Assembly: GCA_020536535.1 (NCBI GenBank)
Contig: JAHLWZ010000566.1
Location: forward strand, 1-59,626
Length of the DNA stretch: 59,626 bases
Reading direction: 5' to 3'
DNA from: Pelomyxa schiedti
Taxonomy: Eukaryota; Protista; Evosea
Shown: positions 56,101 through 59,626 of the stretch, in pieces
Layout: each line of letters starts with the position of its first letter
Position numbering within the stretch: position 1 is the stretch's first letter
Notes under the pieces: model-generated
The model's database searches: none
Seen by the model: the letters and a program-made list of their open reading frames with translations, nothing else
Told to the model about the DNA's origin: nothing
Program-made: the position numbers and the translations under genes

Positions 56101-57449
56101 TCTAAGGTCTCATCGATCCTTGGCATGGGGTAGGCTAACTTCTGGGTCACTGCATTCAGCTTCCTGTAGTCCACACAGAAACGCATAGATCCATCCGGTT
56201 TCTTCACAAGTACTACTGGAGCTGCCCATGGGCTTGAAGAATCCTCAATGATATTCATCTGCAGCATCTTCTTGACCTCCGCTTCCACAATATCATTTGC
56301 TGCAGGTGCTTTCCGGTACATTGGAACCATGATCGGCTGAGCCGCTCCTGTTGCGATGTCATGCTTCACCAGGTTTGTCCTTCCTGTTGTAACCCCGTCA
56401 CTCAGTATATCCAGGTTCCTGAGCAGTAGGCTGCGGACCTTCTTCTGCTCTTCCTGAGTGAGGTGATCCAGCTTCATCTGCTCTACCAGCTGCTCTTTCA
56501 ATGCAGAAGTTTCCGGCTTAGTTTCAGTCACCATCACATGCCTGCTGATTGTAGGTCTGTTCCTCTCAATCCCGATGCATCCTACTGAGCGAGTCTCCTG
56601 TGGTGGGATCTCAGTAGCAACGAATCCACTGGTGCAAGCTCTCAACTTCAACCTCCGATGTGTGGGATTCATCAGCAGTATCGGCACTGTCCTCTCCTGA
56701 CTCACGGTTGCAATCGTGGCTCCACACATCAGGTTTGCCATTGGCTTGCTTGGCTCCACTAACACTTGGGTTCCAGGTTGGACACCATCAACTCTTACAT
56801 TGAGGCACGTGTAACACTTCGGAGCTATCCTCACCGTTTCTGCAACCACTCTTGCTACATGCATTCCTCCTGAGTGCATGCTACACTTGATAGGCGGCAA
56901 TCCTGGCAAGTTGAGAGTCTGCTGGTTACAGTCAATGACAGCCCCCACGTGGGTAAGCCAGTCTATCCCCAGCACCACTGGATAGGCCAACTCACTCACC
57001 ACATAGAAGTCAGCTGCATATGCGCGCTTATGCACCCTGAACTTCACCTCCTTGTGACCAAGTTGCTCGAGCTTGGCCTCATCCTGAGCCATGTTGAGCC
57101 TGACCATTGATGGCTCGGGATTCCCAACGTTACACGCCTCAAAGTACTCCTTGCTCATCAAAGATACATCAGCACCAGTGTCCACCTTTGCCCACACTTT
57201 GTGCCCTGACGGTAGCGTGATCAGAATCGATGTAAGCACATCTTTCTTCCTCAGTGTCCCCACTCTGTATGTCAACCGCTTCCTCCTCACCAACTTATTT
57301 ACAATCCTCTTTCTTCTGCCTAACCTAGAAATAGGAACGCAGCTCTGGAAAGAATTTCTTTTATTAAACAAATAAAAGAGAGACTTCTTCCTTAAGACCG
57401 GCCTGGAGTAGAGGAGCTGCCTTGCTGAACCCCAGGCTGCCCGTTTCCC
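53143..57449 (-). CDS. pol: Retrotransposon pol (protease, RT, RNase H, integrase, chromo-like, AT-hook)
   Basis: AKVDTGA; RFCVDYRKLN, MPYGL, YVDD; VETDAS; HFG..CTVC, IDMFGP, ISDRD, YHPQSNGAAE; WLGPY; spans gap 55889-55988 whose flanks are a ~120-nt duplicate. Confidence 0.95.
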
Positions 57450-58707
57450 TGCTGATCCCCTGCTGTCATCTTCGCATCTGGATCAGCTGCTGTGCCATGC
57501 TTGCTTGTCCCCGGCCTTGGCTTCTCACGTTTCGGCCTCGACGCTTTCTCCTTGCCTGGACAGTCTCTGGCGAAGTGTCCTTCTCTACCACAGGCGTAGC
57601 ACTTTCCCTTGCATGAACCTCCTCCGCCATTGCGCACTTCTCCCTCTAGCTTCTNNNNNNNNNNNNNNNNNNNNNNNNNNNNNNNNNNNNNNNNNNNNNN
57701 NNNNNNNNNNNNNNNNNNNNNNNNNNNNNNNNNNNNNNNNNNNNNNNNNNNNNNGGCCTCGACGCTTTCTCCTTGCCTGGACAGTCTCTGGCGAAGTGTC
57801 CTTCTCTACCACAGGCGTAGCACTTTCCCTTGCATGAACCTCCTCCGCCATTGCGCACTTCTCCCTCTAGCTTCTCGATGGTTTCCCTCATCCTGGCTAG
57901 TTCCTTGCTGATATGTACAGGCGCAACGATAGCATCCTCCTCAGTAATCACGTTGACTCCCTTGCTGGCAGGCATCGGTTTCAGTACCAACTCCAGCTGC
58001 CTGGCTGCGTTCAGAATCTCCTCTGGTGTCCTCACATAGGTCTGCTCCCTGAGCTTTGACCTTACTGGTTCTAACAGTCCCTTAGCGAAGATCGAGCTGA
58101 CCATCATTGGCGTTCCATTCAAACTCGAGATGGAGGCCGTCACCCTGCGCCAGAACACGTCCACAGATTCACCCTGCTGCTGTTGCAGGTCCATGGTCCT
58201 GATCATGTCTAGCATGGGGTTTTCCCCAACGAAGTATGCCCAAAAAGCCCTCTTGAATGCTGCTAATTCGGTAATAGAGAGGACTTCCGGTGTCAACCAA
58301 TGCCTGGCTGTGCCTGTGATACCCGTAATCGCATGCTTGATGGTAAGTGCTTCGTCCCAGCCATTCACTTCCCTATGTGCCAGCAGTTCCTGCCACCAAG
58401 TCTTGGCTTCTTCAGCTCCAGCTCCTGAGAACTTGGAGAGCTTCCCGATGGTCCGCGGTAGTACCGGATACGTCGCCGGAGGGACACTAGCACCTGGCAT
58501 GATCGCCGGCATGTTCGCTGGTATCACCACCACCGGGCTTGGTCTCGGCTCGTTCTCAGATCTCTGATCTAATCGCGTCGCAAGAGATTCTAGCAGATTT
58601 CCTTGTTTTCTGATAACCTCCATTAGAGCCCCCAGGTTGACATTGCTGGGAACAACTTGGCCGCCGTCAGCGCCGGTTGCGCTGCTCGCGCTGCTGCTCA
58701 TGCTCAT
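57392..58707 (-). CDS. gag: Retrotransposon gag
   Basis: KFSG..KTWW, LQQQQGESVDVF major-homology-like region, zinc knuckle CYACGREGHFARDC; spans gap 57655-57754 with duplicated flanks. Confidence 0.9.
57401..57449 (-). promoter_or_regulatory. Programmed -1 ribosomal frameshift signal (G GGA AAC plus stem-loop)
   Basis: Slippery heptamer in gag phase, 5-nt spacer, 9-bp stem GCCUGGGGU/ACUCCAGGC; -1 frame is open into pol. Confidence 0.85.
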
Positions 58708-58742
58708 GTCGTTGTTGTTGTGGTACAAGCGCCTATTCTAAT

Positions 58743-58760
58743 TTCCGGGCAGAGCCCCCA
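58743..58760 (-). promoter_or_regulatory. Candidate primer-binding site, tRNA-Pro-like
   Basis: TGGGGGCTCTGCCCGGAA resembles the tRNA-Pro PBS TGGGGGCTCGTCCGGGAT but lies 30 nt from the LTR end. Confidence 0.5.
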
Positions 58761-58790
58761 AAAAGTCTCACTGGATCTTTTGCCTCTGGT

Positions 58791-58911
58791 TGTGCCGAGG
58801 TAGATTGGGTTAGGATAGTGACCACCACACTGTGAGGTGTGCTGGGGTGTCGATGGTTGTTGTTTTACTTGTGTAGTAAGGGAGAAAGAAGCCCGAATAC
58901 AAACACAAGAG
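58791..58911 (-). repeat. 5' LTR (partial, cut by gap)
   Basis: 117/121 identical to 52284-52404. Confidence 0.9.
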
Positions 58912-59011
58912 NNNNNNNNNNNNNNNNNNNNNNNNNNNNNNNNNNNNNNNNNNNNNNNNNNNNNNNNNNNNNNNNNNNNNNNNNNNNNNNNNNNNNNNNN
59001 NNNNNNNNNNN

Positions 59012-59626
59012 TGAGCTTTGACCTTACTGGTTCTAACAGTCCCTTAGCGAAGATCGAGCTGACCATCATTGGCGTTCCATTCAAACTCGAGATGGAGGCC
59101 GTCACCCTGCGCCAGAACACGTCCACAGATTCCCCCTGCTGCTGTTGCAGGTCCATGGTCCTGATCATGTCTAGCATGGGGTTTTCCCCAACGAAGTATG
59201 CCCAAAAAGCCCTCTTGAATGCTGCTAATTCGGTAATAGAGAGGACTTCTGGTGTCAACCAATGCCTGGCTGTGCCTGTGATACCCGTAATCGCATGCTT
59301 GATGGTAAGTGCTTCGTCCCAGCCATTCACTTCCCTGTGTGCCAGCAGTTCCTGCCACCAAGTCTTGGCTTCTTCAGCTCCAGCTCCTGAGAACTTGGAG
59401 AGCTTCCCGATGGTCCGCGGTAGCACTGGATACATCGCCGGAGGAACACTAGCACCTGGCATGATCGCCGGCATGTTCGCTGGTATCACCACCCGTTTTT
59501 TTTGGTCTCAGATCTCTGATCTAATCGCGTCGCAAGAGATTCTAGCAGATTTCCTTGTTTTCTGATAACCTCCATTAGAGCCCCCAGGTTGACATTGCTG
59601 GGAACAACTTGGCCGCCGTCAGCGCC
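59012..59626 (-). mobile_element. gag: Second gag fragment (another copy of the element)
   Basis: Near-identical to 58050-58675 with scattered SNPs and a net 10-nt deletion near 59493-59505 that shifts the frame. Confidence 0.85.

Larger units (their letters stand above)
52284..58911 (-). mobile_element. Ty3/Gypsy LTR retrotransposon (gag-PR-RT-RH-IN, chromo-like tail)
   Basis: Two LTR copies, domain order RT-RNaseH-integrase, CCHC gag; interrupted by N gaps. Confidence 0.95.

Noticed and set aside
55769-56107. ~120-nt direct repeat in RT flanking an N gap (likewise 57534-57874 in gag)
   Set aside because: Identical sequence on both sides of a 100-N gap is an unmerged contig overlap, not biology

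Overview
Gene-dense eukaryotic (protist-type, probably amoebozoan; the lineage is my inference) scaffold with many short (~40-90 nt) GT-AG introns, very short intergenic spacers and four 100-N gaps. From left to right: a partial paralog of a C2-like/Gln-rich/WW gene; a PINK1/SgK-like kinase fused to Sel1-like repeats; the full C2-like/WW gene; a pseudokinase; a small membrane protein; an acyl-CoA oxidase-like gene with a C-terminal membrane tail; importin-5-like; PAXX-like; FKBP15-like; a stand-alone Vms1/ANKZF1-type VLRF1 protein apparently lacking its catalytic loop; RasGEF; ankyrin-BTB; NBR1-like; LCAT/PLA2G15-like; ABCC; CIA1; an eIF4E with a C-terminal transmembrane tail; SMG9. The window ends with a near-complete Ty3/Gypsy LTR retrotransposon on the minus strand (clear -1 frameshift signal, chromo-like domain plus AT-hook) and a second gag fragment. 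The strongest novelty candidates are the tail-anchored eIF4E, the loop-deleted VLRF1 and the tail-anchored acyl-CoA oxidase. Gene spans include introns and were spliced by eye. Family calls come from recalled motifs, not database searches.
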